This document shows positions 51,493 through 64,000 of a stretch of 64,000 bases of DNA, one piece after another. The stretch is from NCBI GenBank assembly GCA_964188305.1, contig OZ076893.1; one strand, written 5' to 3'. The stretch comes from Podarcis bocagei (Eukaryota). The notes beneath the pieces were generated by a model. That model saw only the letters and a list, made by a program, of their open reading frames with translations. It searched no databases and had not been told where the DNA came from. How positions within the stretch are numbered: position 1 is the first letter of the stretch; each line of letters begins with the position of its first letter. The translations under genes and the position numbers were made by a program.

Positions 51493-53395
51493 CCTCTATT
51501 TCTCAATTAAGACTGAAATAAATTGTAGTCAGAGATCAACACTATGTGCCTCATTCAGAAACATAAAAAGTAGCCTGATGAAGAATTTGGCTCAGTTCAA
51601 AGGTTTGTGAGCAGCACTGGTTGGAATTGTTGTTGTTCTTACATTAGTAATTTACAATATGAAAACAGCACCCCCAAAAAATAGAATAAATAATCCAAGT
51701 CACAGCAGCAGCAGCAACCTGTCATAATGCAGACAATAAAACCCCTCAGCATAAGCCACAGCTCCTGCAATAAGCATAGTCATAAAAACAATGGAAAAGT
51801 AAGAGCAATGGCCAATAAAAGCAGAGAGTGTGCGTGGCATTAAGGCTGCTAACCAAAACTGCAGTGCCAGCTGCCAACCAAGGCCTTTTGGAACAAATAT
51901 ATATGGGGCACTCATGAAGGTGGCATGTGGGCTTCCTTGGTAAGGGGTTCAATAGTATAGGTGCCCCACAGTGGCGCTTTAAAGAAAAGACCTAGCATTT
52001 ATCTTGCAAGCAAACAGTGCCTAGGGCAACTGAGACAGAACTGAAGGGCCTCGTTCCTTTTCAGGAGACAAGCCACATGGTTCTGCTGTGGCTTTAAGGA
52101 TAGGCCTGCATAGAACTCGCTGCAGTGGTGATGGGAATCAGATGCTTAGCGTTTGCTCGCAGTGTGATAGGAGTGTGACTGGTTCTCACCAATAAATTTA
52201 CTGGCCTAGGTCAGCGGGGTGGGGTGGGGACATTTGGATCAGGGCCAGTAGCCAAGCTGCCAGTAACCAAAGAGGGGGAGAGCATGCTGTCATAATACAG
52301 CTGTTCCAGGAAGGCAAGTTTGAGTAGAGCCATAAGGCCACAATAAAGATTTTTAGGTCTTGCTCCCATTCTGTGGCACTGATCCAAACTAGGAAAAGCA
52401 AAGTGTATGGGGTGATCCAATCACAGATCTCCCATTGAATTCTCAGTTTGGCTAGTCATATGCTATCACTATTGCTTGCTAATTTTTTCCATTGTTGTTG
52501 ACCTTCAATTCAAAATCAACAGGCTGGGGTACATAGAAGCACATCCGCTGCAAAAAGTCTTATCTGCTGGCCTTGTGGGAGGAAAGTAACATTTTTGCCT
52601 TGTCATGGAACTTGGATAGCCAAGCTGTTAGCATTAACATTTCCTCTGTGCTGAATATTTACCCCCTGCTGCACCATTCTGTTCTTTTCACGTGCTTTCT
52701 GTGCTCTCTCTCTTGTATTATGCTGGGTGTACATTCCATCATTTTAAGTGTATGCCACCTTGGGGGTTCTTATTTGGGTCAGAAGGCAGGCAGTTTTTTG
52801 TTTGTTGTTTAAAGCGGAAGAAGAGAGAGAGAGAGAATGTTTAAAAAGGGATATGTGAAAATAACCGTCATTCTTGTACTGTCCAGTGTGGTGTGGAATG
52901 GCCACAGACACAAGCTCTTTTACACCATTAACATGGGGCAGCCTCAATTGATTTTCAGACTTTATATCTTTGAACTGTCCATCCTTCGGTGTGCCTTATG
53001 AAATTGCTGCACTTCAAATAATCTGTCTTTCAACTCCATTTTCTGCGCTATTAATGTTTATGAAGAAGCTTCTCCATTCCTGTATTTAGCATTGGCATTA
53101 ACGCCCATGCCATTTTCTGGCCATTTAATTTTGTTCTTTAGAAGCTAGGCCTTTGGTGGGAAATTCTGTTAAAGTGGGATTTGGAAGAGTATCGCATTAA
53201 GCCTAAGATTCAGTACAAACTTGCTTTCTTCAAGTCTATGAAAAAGCATCCCTGAACAGACATTTCATCTGACCAAAGTCCAACTTTCCTGGTTTTCCTG
53301 CTGGTGGACAGGAAGAAATATGGGGTCTTTGGTACTTTTTATATGGAAGGTCCTCAATTCGTATTCCTCCCACTGCCAGCTAAAGAGGTTATTGT

Positions 53396-53479
53396 GGCTC
53401 CTGCTTTGCAGGGGGTTGGACTAGATGACCACTTGGGTCCCTTCCAGCTCTATAATTCTTTGATTCTATGATTCTATGA
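53396..53479 (+). mobile_element. CR1 3' terminus
   Basis: cctgctttgcagggggttggactagatgacc..gggtcccttccagctc followed by an (attctatg)n tail. Confidence 0.75.
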
Positions 53480-54536
53480 AAGATGTTCTCCCAAGGTCTT
53501 TGACTTGCTGCCTGTTGGAGTAGTCAATGATGGGCTAATGGTCTGATACACTGTCAGCCAGTTTTACATATTCCAGCAATTATTTAACTGATAGGCACTC
53601 TACTGTTGCATAATGGAAACAGCTACCTGTGATCATAAATGGGATGTGCATAATATTTCCAATACCAGCTGCTAAGAACTCCCATTGGCAGGGAAGCAGG
53701 ATAGGTAGGTGATCAGTTGCCTTGAGCGCTGGCCAGTTGAACAGGGTGGGTAGAGATGCAGGAGTGAGCAGGTAGGAGCAAGCAGGGGCAAGAGCAATGC
53801 TTCAAGACTGTTGCTCAACCCCTTGAAGGGTAAATCTATGATTTAGCTGCAGCTGAAGAAGGGAAGGGCTCAACCTAAGCACTGCTCCATCCTAGAAATT
53901 GTTGGTAAACATACATCAGTGTACCTCCCAACACTGTTTAATGGCTTGTATCACATAACACCAAATTTGCGTCCTTTTTACTTCAGGTTCATTCATCTGG
54001 AATAACTACTATTCCTGTCCCATAGTCACAAAGCTAGACTGAAGAAAAGGAAGCATCCTGAGACTTGGTTGTTCTAATCCCCCTTGTCTGAGAAGGACGG
54101 CTCTGTGACTACTTGCAGTCTCTAGCTAGTGCAGCTTGGCTGCCCCAGTCTTCACAGTGTCCAGACCCTAACTCTGCACTCTGTGGGATGGTGCAATGCT
54201 GGAGATTGGAGCCAATCCTCCCCACTGTGCCATCTAGATCAAGAGGAAGGGTAAGCAAGCAAGTACAGGCTCCCACCAGAGGTGGCCCATCTCATTTTGC
54301 CCCTACATATGTGCCACCTGCTGCCCCCACCCAAGGCTCACTTATGGGGTTGTGTAGATGTGGCTTCTGGGTTCCAGCCAGGGGCGGACTTTGATAATAT
54401 GGTGCCCTGAGCAAGTACAAAATTTGGGGGGTCTCTCCACCCCACCCCCAAGAAAAAAATATTTCTTATCTTCACAATAATTCCTTTTTGTATTTTTTTT
54501 ACTGATCTTCTTAGTAGGAACCCATATAAATAAATG

Positions 54537-54544
54537 TATTATTA

Positions 54545-54589
<45 letters not shown>
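54537..54589. repeat. (TAT)n microsatellite
   Basis: Imperfect trinucleotide run. Confidence 0.9.
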
Positions 54590-54931
54590 TTGCACCCCCT
54601 TGGCTCAGAGCCCTGTACAAGAGAACTGCTTGCACTGCCCTAATCTGGCACTGCTCTAGTGAGAGCACCATGAGAAGGCCTCCGGAGGCCTCTGTGGGCT
54701 CTTGCGATACCTCACTGGAACTTGGAAGACATTGCCGCCACTTCCCCTCACTACTCTGGTGGCAATGGGGGGGGCATCTCTGCAGGGATTCCACCACCTG
54801 AGGTGACTTCTTTAGACTGTCTCATGCCCTGGCTCCCACTCATTCTCTTCTAGGGTGGGGTTTGCAGGTGAGCAAACTGAAGCAGCAGTGGCTTCTCCTT
54901 GTGATGATCACTGGCCTAAACCTTCTTGCCA

Positions 54932-54934
<3 letters not shown>

Positions 54935-54971
<37 letters not shown>
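54935..54971. repeat. (GA)n microsatellite
   Basis: Perfect run. Confidence 0.97.
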
Positions 54972-54974
<3 letters not shown>

Positions 54975-55330
54975 TAAGCAAGCTTTGGTGCAGGGTAATG
55001 GTTGCTTCTGCACTTTGCCTGTGCTCTCCCTGTGGAGCCAAACCCCACCATCTATGGTGAGAGCAAAGGCAAGTGAAAGGAGAAGACACTGCTTCCCCAG
55101 GTCCCCTCACCTTCTGTCTCTGGCCAGTGTAGCAGGGAGTTGAGAGCAAGCAGCAATTGTAAGTTTAGCTTAGCATCAATGATCTGTACTCTGATAACTT
55201 CCAGGTTCATAGGAGCCAACTCCTAGGGACTGAGGTCTCCCCTAAAATATTTGAGGGGACTGGGCCGCTCAAAGGCATTGTCATTGAAATGGTGTGTGTG
55301 TGCCATGTCTTGTGACTGATTATGCTGTAC

Positions 55331-55760
55331 CAGGTTAGACTACTGTGATACACTCTCTGTGGGGTTGCCTCTGAAATATGGCTTGGAAATTGCTGCGAGT
55401 TCAGAATGCAGCTGCTGGATCACCAACTGAGGTAGGCTTATTAGGATAATGTAACATTGGTGCTATATGCCCGTTGCATTAGCTTCCAATTTCTGAACCC
55501 AAGTGCTGGCTTTGACTTTTAAAGCCTTTTCCAGCTTAGGACCCAGGATACTTTATGTGTCAGCCGAGACATTCAGAACTTCAACAGAAGTCAGCTGCTC
55601 CCCAAAGAAAGGGCCTTCTCAGTGGTGGTGCCTCAGTTGTGAAGTGCAATCTGTAGAGGGGTCCACTTGGTACCTATTTTGTCATCCTTCCAGCACCAGG
55701 TAGACTTTTCCATTTCCCCAGCCCTTTTAGAGCTGATTTTAGCCCTGTGGATTCTTTGCC
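55331..55760 (+). mobile_element. Old L2 LINE 3' fragment
   Basis: aggttagactactgtgatacactc..gtggggttgcctctgaaa..cagaatgcagctgct..gtgctggctttgacttttaaagcc corresponds to RLDYC..VGLPLK..QNAAA..VLxLTFKA, homologous to the L2 at 1-1020. Confidence 0.75.
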
Positions 55761-55957
55761 TGCTTGCATAAGATCCCTGGCTTTTATTACTGTTCTGCTG
55801 TATATTGCCTGTACTTTAATCCATGCACACGCACACACAAACTATCCTGGGGGTTTCCAATGAAGGTTAGTATAGAAATTCCTGTAACAAAATCATAATA
55901 AAATAACCTGCCCTCTTCCTGCACACCCCTTTCCTTTTGAGCAGCAGATTGGGGAGC

Positions 55958-56106
55958 CAGTGGCGTAGCGTGGGTTGTCAGCACCCGGGGCAAGGCAAGT
56001 AATTTGCGCCCCCTAACCCGTGGATTTGCGCCCCCTAACCCTAACCCCCAGATGTTGCGCCGGGTGCGGCCGCCCCCCCTGCACCCCAACCCACGCTACG
56101 CCACTG
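55958..56106. mobile_element. Young hAT-type MITE with perfect 20-bp TIRs and 8-bp TSD
   Basis: TIR CAGTGGCGTAGCGTGGGTTG / CAACCCACGCTACGCCACTG. TGGGGAGC is duplicated at 55950-55957 and 56107-56114. Confidence 0.9.
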
Positions 56107-57560
56107 TGGGGAGCAGAGGGAGAGGGGAAGCTTACACCGCCTTGGGGGGCTTGCGGGGAGCACTGGGCTGCCCCACCGAGCCGCCACGCCGGGAGAGCGT
56201 AAGCGAGGGAGCCAGAGGCGGAGGCACCGGAGGCAGGCAGGCATCTCTCTCCCGATCCCTCGGAAGCGTCCGGGGTCCAGCCCTTCCTCCACGCTCCCCA
56301 GCGAGAACAATGAGCCCTCGCTGCCTCCTTGGTCCGCGCTTCCCTTCGCTCCTTCTCGCGGCGGCGGAGCGGGGAGGGCTGTGCAGCCTATGGGGCAGCC
56401 TCCGCAAGCCTTTCACCGAGGAACACCCCCGCCCCACCCCCCAAAAAGAAGTCACCAGGCCCCGCCGGCCCAGGTTGGATGGAGCCGTGCGCCTCGTGCC
56501 TCGGAGTCCCGGCGGCGAGCCGGGGAGGCGGAGCGGGAGCGGCCTCTCCTGCAGTTAATGGTCGCGACTCTGCGCGCCGCTGTTGACCCGGCGATGCTGG
56601 CGGCGAAGCAGCGCGAAGTGGGACGCTGCCGCCGCCGCCGCCGCGAGTTGAGCGCCAGCACCAGACGGAGCGCAGTCCCGCCGCCGGAGCGCCGCGCCGC
56701 CGAGCAATGCCCGACCCCCAAAGTCCGCGCGAGGCGAGCCTGGACCGGGCAGGGTCGCGGCCGCATGGAAGGGACGGCTGAAAACTTTTAGAGGGACCTC
56801 CCCGCCGCTCCCGCGAAAAGAAAGAAACTTTGCGAGGCCGGGAGATGAGAGGCGCCGCGGGAAGGAGCCGGCCGAGAGCGCGATGGCTGCCCGTCGTGGG
56901 CTTCTGGCTGTGGCTGGGCGTCTCGGAGCGGGCGCTCGCCGCCACGCGCTACGCCATCCCCGAGGAGATGCCCAGGGGCTCTTCGGTGGGCAACGTGGTG
57001 GGCGACCTGGGTCTGGATCTTGCCCAGCTGCCCGCGAGGAACCTCCGCGTGGTGTCCGGCGGCGGGCGAAAGTACTTCGAGGTGGACCTGGGCAGCGGGA
57101 AGTTGCTGGTGAGCGAGCGCATCGACCGCGAGGAACTTTGCGGGGCCCTCTCGCCGTGCGCGCTGAGCCTGGAGGTGGTGGCGGAGAGCCCGCTGGTGCT
57201 GTACGGCGTGACGGTGGAGATCCAGGACGTCAACGACAACGACCCGGCTTTCCAGAGCAAGCAGATGAAGCTGGAGATCAGCGAGTCGGTGACCCCCGGA
57301 GCGCGTTTCCCCTTGGAGAGCGCGCAGGACCCCGACGTGGGAAGCAACTCTCTGCAGACCTACCAGCTCAGCGCCAACCCGCACTTCGTGCTGGACGTGC
57401 AGACGCGAGGCGACGGGACGAAGTATGCGGAGCTGGTGCTCGAGAAAGAGCTGGACCGGGAGCAGCAGCGGGAAGTGCAGCTGCTTCTCACGGCGATGGA
57501 TGGAGGGACCCCACCCCGATCGGCCAGCTTGCAGGTGCTGGTTGACGTCCTGGATGCAAA
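55960..57560. promoter_or_regulatory. CpG island over the PCDHGC3 promoter and EC1-EC2
   Basis: Very GC- and CpG-rich (e.g. gccgccgccgccgcg, many cgcg) against an AT-rich, CpG-poor background. Confidence 0.9.
56550..56590 (+). promoter_or_regulatory. Pcdh CSE/CTCF promoter element of gammaC3
   Basis: TGCAGttaatggtcgcgactctgcgcgcCGCTgttgaccc; 28-bp spacing; ~270 bp upstream of the ATG. Confidence 0.85.
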
Positions 57561-59289
57561 TGACAACGCCCCTGTCTTCAACCAGTCCATCTACAGAGCC
57601 AGCGTGAAAGAAGACACACCCTTGAACACCCTGGTTGTCCAGGCCAGAGCTTTCGACCTGGATGAAGGCCCCAATGGGGAGATTGTGTACTCTTTCAGCA
57701 GTCACACCCCTGCCAGAGTCCGACAGCTCTTTGCCCTGGACTCTGCCACTGGAGAACTGAGGCTGAAGGGGTTGCTGGATTTTGAAGAAGCCAAATTTTA
57801 TGAGATTTATATCCAGGCAAAAGATAAGGGTTCAAATCCTGGTGTCGCTCATTGCAAAGTGCTGGTAGAGATTGTGGATGTGAACGACAACACCCCAGAA
57901 ATAACAGTGACGTCGGTGTACAGCCCAATACCAGAAGACGCGGCTCCAGGGACTGTGATTGCGTTGCTGAGTGTCACGGATCAGGACTCTGGTGATAATG
58001 GCCTAGTAAATTGCTTTATACCTTCTGGGATCCCTTTTGCCCTCAGCTCTTCCCTTAAAAACTATTATACCTTACAGACCAAAGGACCCTTGGACAGGGA
58101 ACTTGTCTCTGAGTACAACATCACCATCACAGCTCAGGATGCAGGCACACCCTCACTCATGGCAGAAAAGCAAATACTGGTTAAAGTATCTGATGTAAAT
58201 GACAACCCTCCTAAATTTCCACAATCCTCCTATGATGTGTACGTGGAGGAAAACAACCTTCCAGGGACCCTGATCTTTAACATCAGTGCCTCTGACCCGG
58301 ATCTGAACCGGAATTCCCACCTTTCCTACTCCATCCTGGATAGTCCCATGTCCTCGGGAGACTTGGCGGGCAGGTATTTTTCTATTAACCGGGAAAATGG
58401 CAGCATATATGTCCTAGTCCCCTTGGACCATGAGGGGACCATGGAGTTCAGGCTAGTGGTCCAGGTTCGTGATGCTGGCCTCCCGCCTCTCGCCACTAAC
58501 ATCACTGTCAATGTTTTTGTCACAGATCAGAATGACAATGCACCCAGGCTCTTATACCCAAACTCAAACAACAGTTCTTCGCTCTCAGAAGTCATCTCAC
58601 CCACAGTCAGCCCGGGTTACATGGTCACAAAAATTGTGGCCTGGGATGCAGATTCTGGTTACAATGCCTGGCTCTCGTATTCCTTCCTTCAGGTCACTGA
58701 CCCAGGGCTGTTCACTGTGGGGCTGCATTCTGGGGAGATAAGCACAGCTCGTTCTCTGCAAGAGGAAGATTCTCGCAAGCAAACATTGCTCATCTTAATA
58801 AAAGACAATGGGGAGCCTGCCTTGTCCTCCACAGTGACCCTTGCTGTAGATGTAGCAGAGACATCTAGGGAGACACTGACAGACTTGACTGCTGTGTCCA
58901 CTACACCCCAAACAAAGAAGCACTTGACTTTCTATTTAATCATTGCTGTCATCTTGATCTCAGTGGCCTTCTTTGTCACCGTGGTTGGGGTGGGGATTTA
59001 TAAATTTTACAAGTGGAGGCAATCCAAGGATATATTCAAAGCCTCCAGAAGCTCCCTTTATAGAACCCCGGGGCCTTTCAACCACATAGACACTGTGCGG
59101 AGTGGATTTACTCCTCCAAACTTCTACCAGCAGGTCCTCACCACGGACTCTCGCCAGAGTGAACTTCTGTACAAAATGCCCTTTGCTCCCAGCCCTATGG
59201 GGAGCCGCCAGAGCACTATCACAAGATGTGACCCTGCAATATATAACCAGCTAATAAGCACAAATAAGAGGCTTCTGGTGTCCTCTGAG
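56845..59289 (+). CDS. PCDHGC3: Protocadherin gamma-C3 variable exon
   Basis: Diagnostic C3 peptides: EIYIQAKDKGSNP..AHCKVLVE, ITVTSVYSP, SSSLKNYY, SSYDVYVEENNLPG, KWRQS..SSLYRTPGP, LTTDSR, SRQ..CDP. ATG at 56845. Donor GAG|GTAATG at 59289/59290, phase 0. Its position after the alternate exons matches the known cluster order. Confidence 0.92.
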
Positions 59290-60977
59290 GTAATGTATGC
59301 TTGTTGTCCTTCTCCAACAAAGTTGGGAAATCCCAGCTCTGAGCTTAAGTTGACTTAAAGGCAGACCACTCAATGTCTTTCTACCCGGAAACAGGGTAGT
59401 TCCTGTAGAACACATTCTTTTTCCTGTTTTCTGTCTCCATCTAGTGCTGTGTCATTTAATAGCATGATTAAGAGCCCCCGCCTGTTTAACCCCTGTGCAT
59501 GTGTTGTTTCCTTCCGACATTACATGGAGTTGGGTGGTTTGTTCTTTCTGCTCTGGGTCAGATCAATGTGATCAGCTGTTGTTGGGTTGCATAGTCATTG
59601 CCTCTGAAGAATGATAGCTCCCAGTAAGTTTATGTTTTACGAAAAATCATACGCAAGGAAACAGTAATGCTGTGTAAATAATGGGTTAGATATGTATTGG
59701 GAGGCCTTTTGACTTGGGTGCTTCTTCAAGACACTAAAGGGAGATCACCTTCAACATTTCCTTGGGGGCCTAGCCTCTGATGTATGTCTGTTTGATATTC
59801 ATCTATGATGGGGTGGAAATGTAAGACTTATTCCTTTTCCTTATGTGTATGGTGGAATTGAACCTATTCTCTATGTAGCCAAACATGAGTAGGAGTAGGA
59901 GTAGGAGTAGCAGAAGAAGAGACATTAGAACAGGGCTCTGATGGCTTCTCATTCAGACTAATTTGGTAGGGGGAAATGGCACTTTCTATGGAAGCAATGG
60001 CAGCAGCCTTCCAGGGAAGATGCTCTTCTATACAAAAGAGACTTCTGGGAAAGAGCCTGAGCATGGATGTCTTTCAGAAGGAGGCCTACACACAGGACCA
60101 GCCACCAGGTGTGCACCCCCAAATTAGTTTACCTGGAGGCCACAGCAGGTGGAGGCAAGGATGGGCAGCAGCATGGGGGTGGTGAGGAGAGATGGTCTCC
60201 CTTGCCCTGATGCTGAGAAGTGCCATTTTCATTTCCCCTCAGTGCTTCTGGGCCCCAATATAGCACCACTATGTTGAAGTGAGGCCCAGAGGCCCTGGGA
60301 CCGTTGGAGAAGGTGGCAGCTGTTGCCACTTGGTTTGGTGCTTCTGTTCCCAATGAAGGGCCCTGTGCTTGTTATTTTAAGAAATCGAGGGGGTTGCGGA
60401 TATTGCTCTGGGGCCTATGCTTGTCAGAGGACCCAGACTTTGAGCTTTCATTGAAAAAATGTAAGAGCCTAGCCCTTCTAGAAATGAAGTTATCAAGCAA
60501 AATGTGTGAGTACCCTTCTAAGTGAGTGAGCCAGCCCAGCTATCCCCACCTTTCAGTGTTTTTAGCAAATGAGTGACGTCTGAGCTGTGGTTGATGAGTA
60601 AGTTGTTTAGACACCAGGCTAAAGAATAACTGGTGTCTTAAAGAGCTGCCATTTCCCTCTTCCATCCAGTGCACTTTCTGCCCTGCTTGTTTCATTTTCT
60701 AGTCCTTGGAATTTCTGTTATTTAGCCAATCTGTTCTTTCTACAAAACAGGATGCATCTTTCCTGTGGTGAGTTGGTCTAAGATCAGGTACTCACTATAA
60801 GTTATTTTCTGTAAATATTATTACACAATAAGTGTGGGTAGATGTTAAAGAATACCCCACCCTATAGCAAGTGCAAAATGTGAAAAGTATGCAAAGAGGC
60901 TTGGGCATTCTGTCATACCAACATTTCTCCAATGAAAATAGGGACGTCCCATTCCATAATGATAATTTTACTATTTA

Positions 60978-61236
60978 CCATATTTTTTGCTCTATAAGAC
61001 TCACTTTTTCCCTCCTAAAAAGTAAGGGGAAATGTGTGTGCGTCTTATGGAGCGAATGCAGGCTGCACAGCTATCCCAGAAGCCAGAACAGCAAGAGGGA
61101 TTGCTGTTTTTACTGCGCAGCGATCCCTCTTGCTGTTCTGGCTTCTGAGATTCAAAATATTTTGTTTCTTGTTTTCCTCCCCCAAAAACTAGGTGCGTCT
61201 TGTGGTCTGGTGCGTTTTATAGAGCGAAAAATATGG
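60978..61236. mobile_element. Tc1/mariner-type MITE with internal palindrome, nested in an older repeat (~60915-61350)
   Basis: TIRs ccatattttttgctctataagac ... gttttatagagcgaaaaatatgg, flanked by TA. Internal cagaagccagaacagcaagagggat / atccctcttgctgttctggcttctg. The host repeat matches 50100-50400. Confidence 0.8.
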
Positions 61237-62156
61237 TATATCCACACATCTTACTGAGTTACCCCAGCCACTCTGGGCAGCTTCCAACATATATAAAAAA
61301 CTTCCCTTCCCTATACAGGATTGCCTTCTGATGGCTTGCAGGCCGCATAAAATTGAGGGGGCCCAGTCCCCTGCTTAATTGGAGGGGCTCAGCTCCCCCC
61401 CCATGTTGTCCCTGATCAGGTGGGAGATAGTAGAGATGCTACGATACTAAGATAATGTGTTCCCTGTTGAATGTCCAGGAAAACAGGCAGCCCCATCATA
61501 GAGTTCATATCAAAAGTCAATAAGTGAAAAGATAATGCAATATGTTATTGTATGAAAGTGAATATTAACTAGAGATTTTGCCTGCAATCCAGAAAAGCTA
61601 CTGTGTAGAGAGGAGAAGGAGGAGTAATAACAACAACAATAGCCAGGTTCTTTCTCACAATGCCTACAAAGCACACCTGCCAACACCTACATAGGTAAGC
61701 TTTTTCCTGACTCTTCCACCAGCTGCACAAAGCTATTGTGCTTTAGGGTTTCTGAGTCTCAAGGTTTTACCTAAAGTTTCAGGCTTCAGCTTTCTTTTGG
61801 GAATCACAAGTGGCAGGCTACTTTCAGCTTGACTTAAATGTTGTTGTCTTGCACCCCATCCCCATTCTGTCCAACAGTCTTCCCCCCTAAAATACCAGGC
61901 ATAGGCAAACTGCCCCAGGAGGCATCAAATTCCCTTCCTTCCCAGGCTCCTCTCATATTCTGATCACTGATAACATTAGGTAGCACTCGTGTGACACTCA
62001 TTTTATCTTGTTATTGTGTAACAGCAGAAGGCTGGCAGTGAATTATGTTAATTGCTGGGATTGTATGTGCATGCTAGTTTCCTTTGAAATATTCATGAAC
62101 ATTTTCACTCTGAAGAGAGCATGTTGTGTGTCTTGTTTGTAAGATTTCCTCACAGA

Positions 62157-62406
62157 GGCCCAGTTCTCACCAAGATGGTTAATCTGTGTCTAGGCTGTAC
62201 CATTTCAGATTGCAGATGAAACCCACATCTTTGAATGTTCCTGCGCACAAAGAATTCAGAGCTCTGTCAAAGGTAGATGTCAGGAAGATGGATCCTAATC
62301 GTGGGGTGGCTGGCATGGAGGAGCATACAGCCATCTTGAGTCCCCACCTGCAGTCTGAAGTGGTACAGCCCAGACTCAGGTGTACAACCTCATTGAGAAC
62401 TGAGCC
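62157..62406. mobile_element. Old MITE with ~62-bp imperfect TIRs (PIF/Harbinger-like)
   Basis: 62157-62218 against the reverse complement of 62345-62406 gives 48/62 ungapped matches. Ends are GGCCCAGTTCTCA / TGAGAACTGAGCC, with AGA on both flanks. Confidence 0.6.
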
Positions 62407-64000
62407 AGAAGCGCAATTCCTATAATTCCTTGGGAATGATTGCTGCACCAGTTTGAATCTGCAGTGTAGATACATGCTCAGGGTGCATTCTGCTACACAA
62501 TTAGATGCTATAGGCAGGAAGTTGTTTTAGGGTACAGTAATAAACTGCGGCTTTATGTGGAGAGGGTGCTGGAAGAAGGACCAGGAAGCCCAGAGATTGC
62601 AAGAGTAAAGGAGAGGTTGCCACAAAGCGTCTGGCTCCAGGCCAGTTCTCACCCCTGATAGTTTGTGAATAGCTTTCAGGGCCATCATTTCAGTGAACTG
62701 GTTCTGAGTCTTTGTACCTGGTTAATTTGGCATTTAGTATTTGGCATCTGATATCCAAACATGTTTTAGAGCAATGTGGTACCTAACCTTTCGGTTGTGT
62801 GGGAAATATATATACACATTCTCAACAGTAATTGATATTTTGTATGTAGCTTCCTTTTATTTTATACCTTGAGTTTTAAATTGTGCATCAACTTTTAATT
62901 AATTCATCATAGGTTTTTAATATGCTGTATTTTACTGCTTGGTTTGGTTTGTGAGCCACCCAGAAAACTGCTATAGGGCAGCCTTATAAATGTAATAATA
63001 ATGATGATGCTGATGTTAATTCATCGATAACTGATTAGTGATTTCATCTGTACTTTTAATTTGTTGTTGAGATTTAAATTATTGTTGTTTATTAGTACTA
63101 TTTTGATGCCAAAAGGGTTGCATTGCTGTTATCAATTCATAATTAGGCTTTCATAACTGCCATACGTGTTGCTTTGCTTGAAATGTGAACCCTGAGATCC
63201 TTGGAAATTGTTTTAGCTACGTTTTCCTACCCAAAATTACATAGTCTGGGAGATTGTTAAGAAAATGACTATGATCAGAAAAATAGGGCGGGCAAAAGAG
63301 ACAGCGGAAGAGAGGTGTGTTTGTGTGTCCGTGTGTGTCCTGTCAATAGGCATTAGCAATTCCAGCACAATATGATGACCCTAAGCTGATGTACTCTTAA
63401 AGCTGCACCAGATCCCACACTTAATCTGTACAGGCAGAACCATTAGTTTCTTTAGTGTTTTTAACAAAAGTTAGAATGATGCGCAGAGGCTTTTCATTAG
63501 TAGACCATCTGGCTCTAAAATATGCAAAACCAGGGCAGACTCTCACCAAATATAACCAGGGCTCCTTCACATATTACTGAAACAATGTGAACATTTAGTG
63601 TGTTCATTACATTTTCAGTTGAGGAGGCTGTACTTATTAAAATCATATGTGCTTGAAAATATGTTGCAAGAGGCCAGGACCTGCTGCGCTTTGTGCACGG
63701 AAATAAATGCAGGCGACAGCTTCATATGCTGTGGGTTTTACTGCCAAACACACTGGTCTTCTAGTTTGTAACAAGCATCCCTGAATTATAGAACATTGAG
63801 ATTGGAAAGAAGAAATCTCACTTTGAAAATTAAGATGAGCATATATGCAGCCAAAGCAACACAGGAGAATCCAAGATCAGAAACTTTATCATCTAATCTT
63901 GAGCAATGCAAGAAAGCAACCATATTTGTTTTTCTGTAAAGATAATGGAAGACAAAGAGTGGAAAGAGCTGGCTAACATCACGCTGTCTAGCCATCTGCC

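Noticed and set aside
56011-56047. Interstitial telomeric array
   Set aside because: Only three CCCTAA units, all internal to the hAT MITE.
55787-57705. Many overlapping ORFs (up to 305 aa) on both strands around PCDHGC3
   Set aside because: Expected stop-codon scarcity in a CpG island, plus antisense shadows of the cadherin frame; no domain signatures.
59290-64000. PCDHGC4/C5 or constant exons (QAPPNTDWRFSQ)
   Set aside because: No cadherin ORF or constant-exon peptide is visible; presumably beyond the window end.

Overview
Vertebrate genomic DNA, almost certainly a squamate and probably a lacertid lizard (inferred from a Sauria/POM-type SINE and squamate-type L2/CR1/Penelope repeats). The window covers the 3' part of the clustered protocadherin-gamma (Pcdhg) variable region. 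It holds eight intact ~2.4-kb variable first exons on the + strand: six gammaB-like, one gammaA-like, and PCDHGC3 in a CpG island. Each encodes a signal peptide, six cadherin repeats, a TM segment and a variable cytoplasmic domain, and each ends at a phase-0 GT donor. The constant exons and gammaC4/C5 are not in the window. Every intact exon has a forward-oriented CSE/CTCF promoter element; four of them have lost the CpG of the CGCT box. One large gammaA pseudogene and two small exon relics lie between the gammaB genes. The paralogues show patchwork homogenisation: promoter-EC1 and EC5-EC6 tracts are nearly identical while EC2-EC4 diverge. The intervening DNA holds LINE/SINE/MITE remnants and microsatellites. 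The overall system (clustered Pcdh neuronal barcoding) is well known. The most interesting leads are CpG-free CSEs, conversion tracts that start at the CTCF site, mosaic recognition domains, preferential gammaA decay, and a few unusual insertion structures. Identity values are by-eye estimates; no searches were run.
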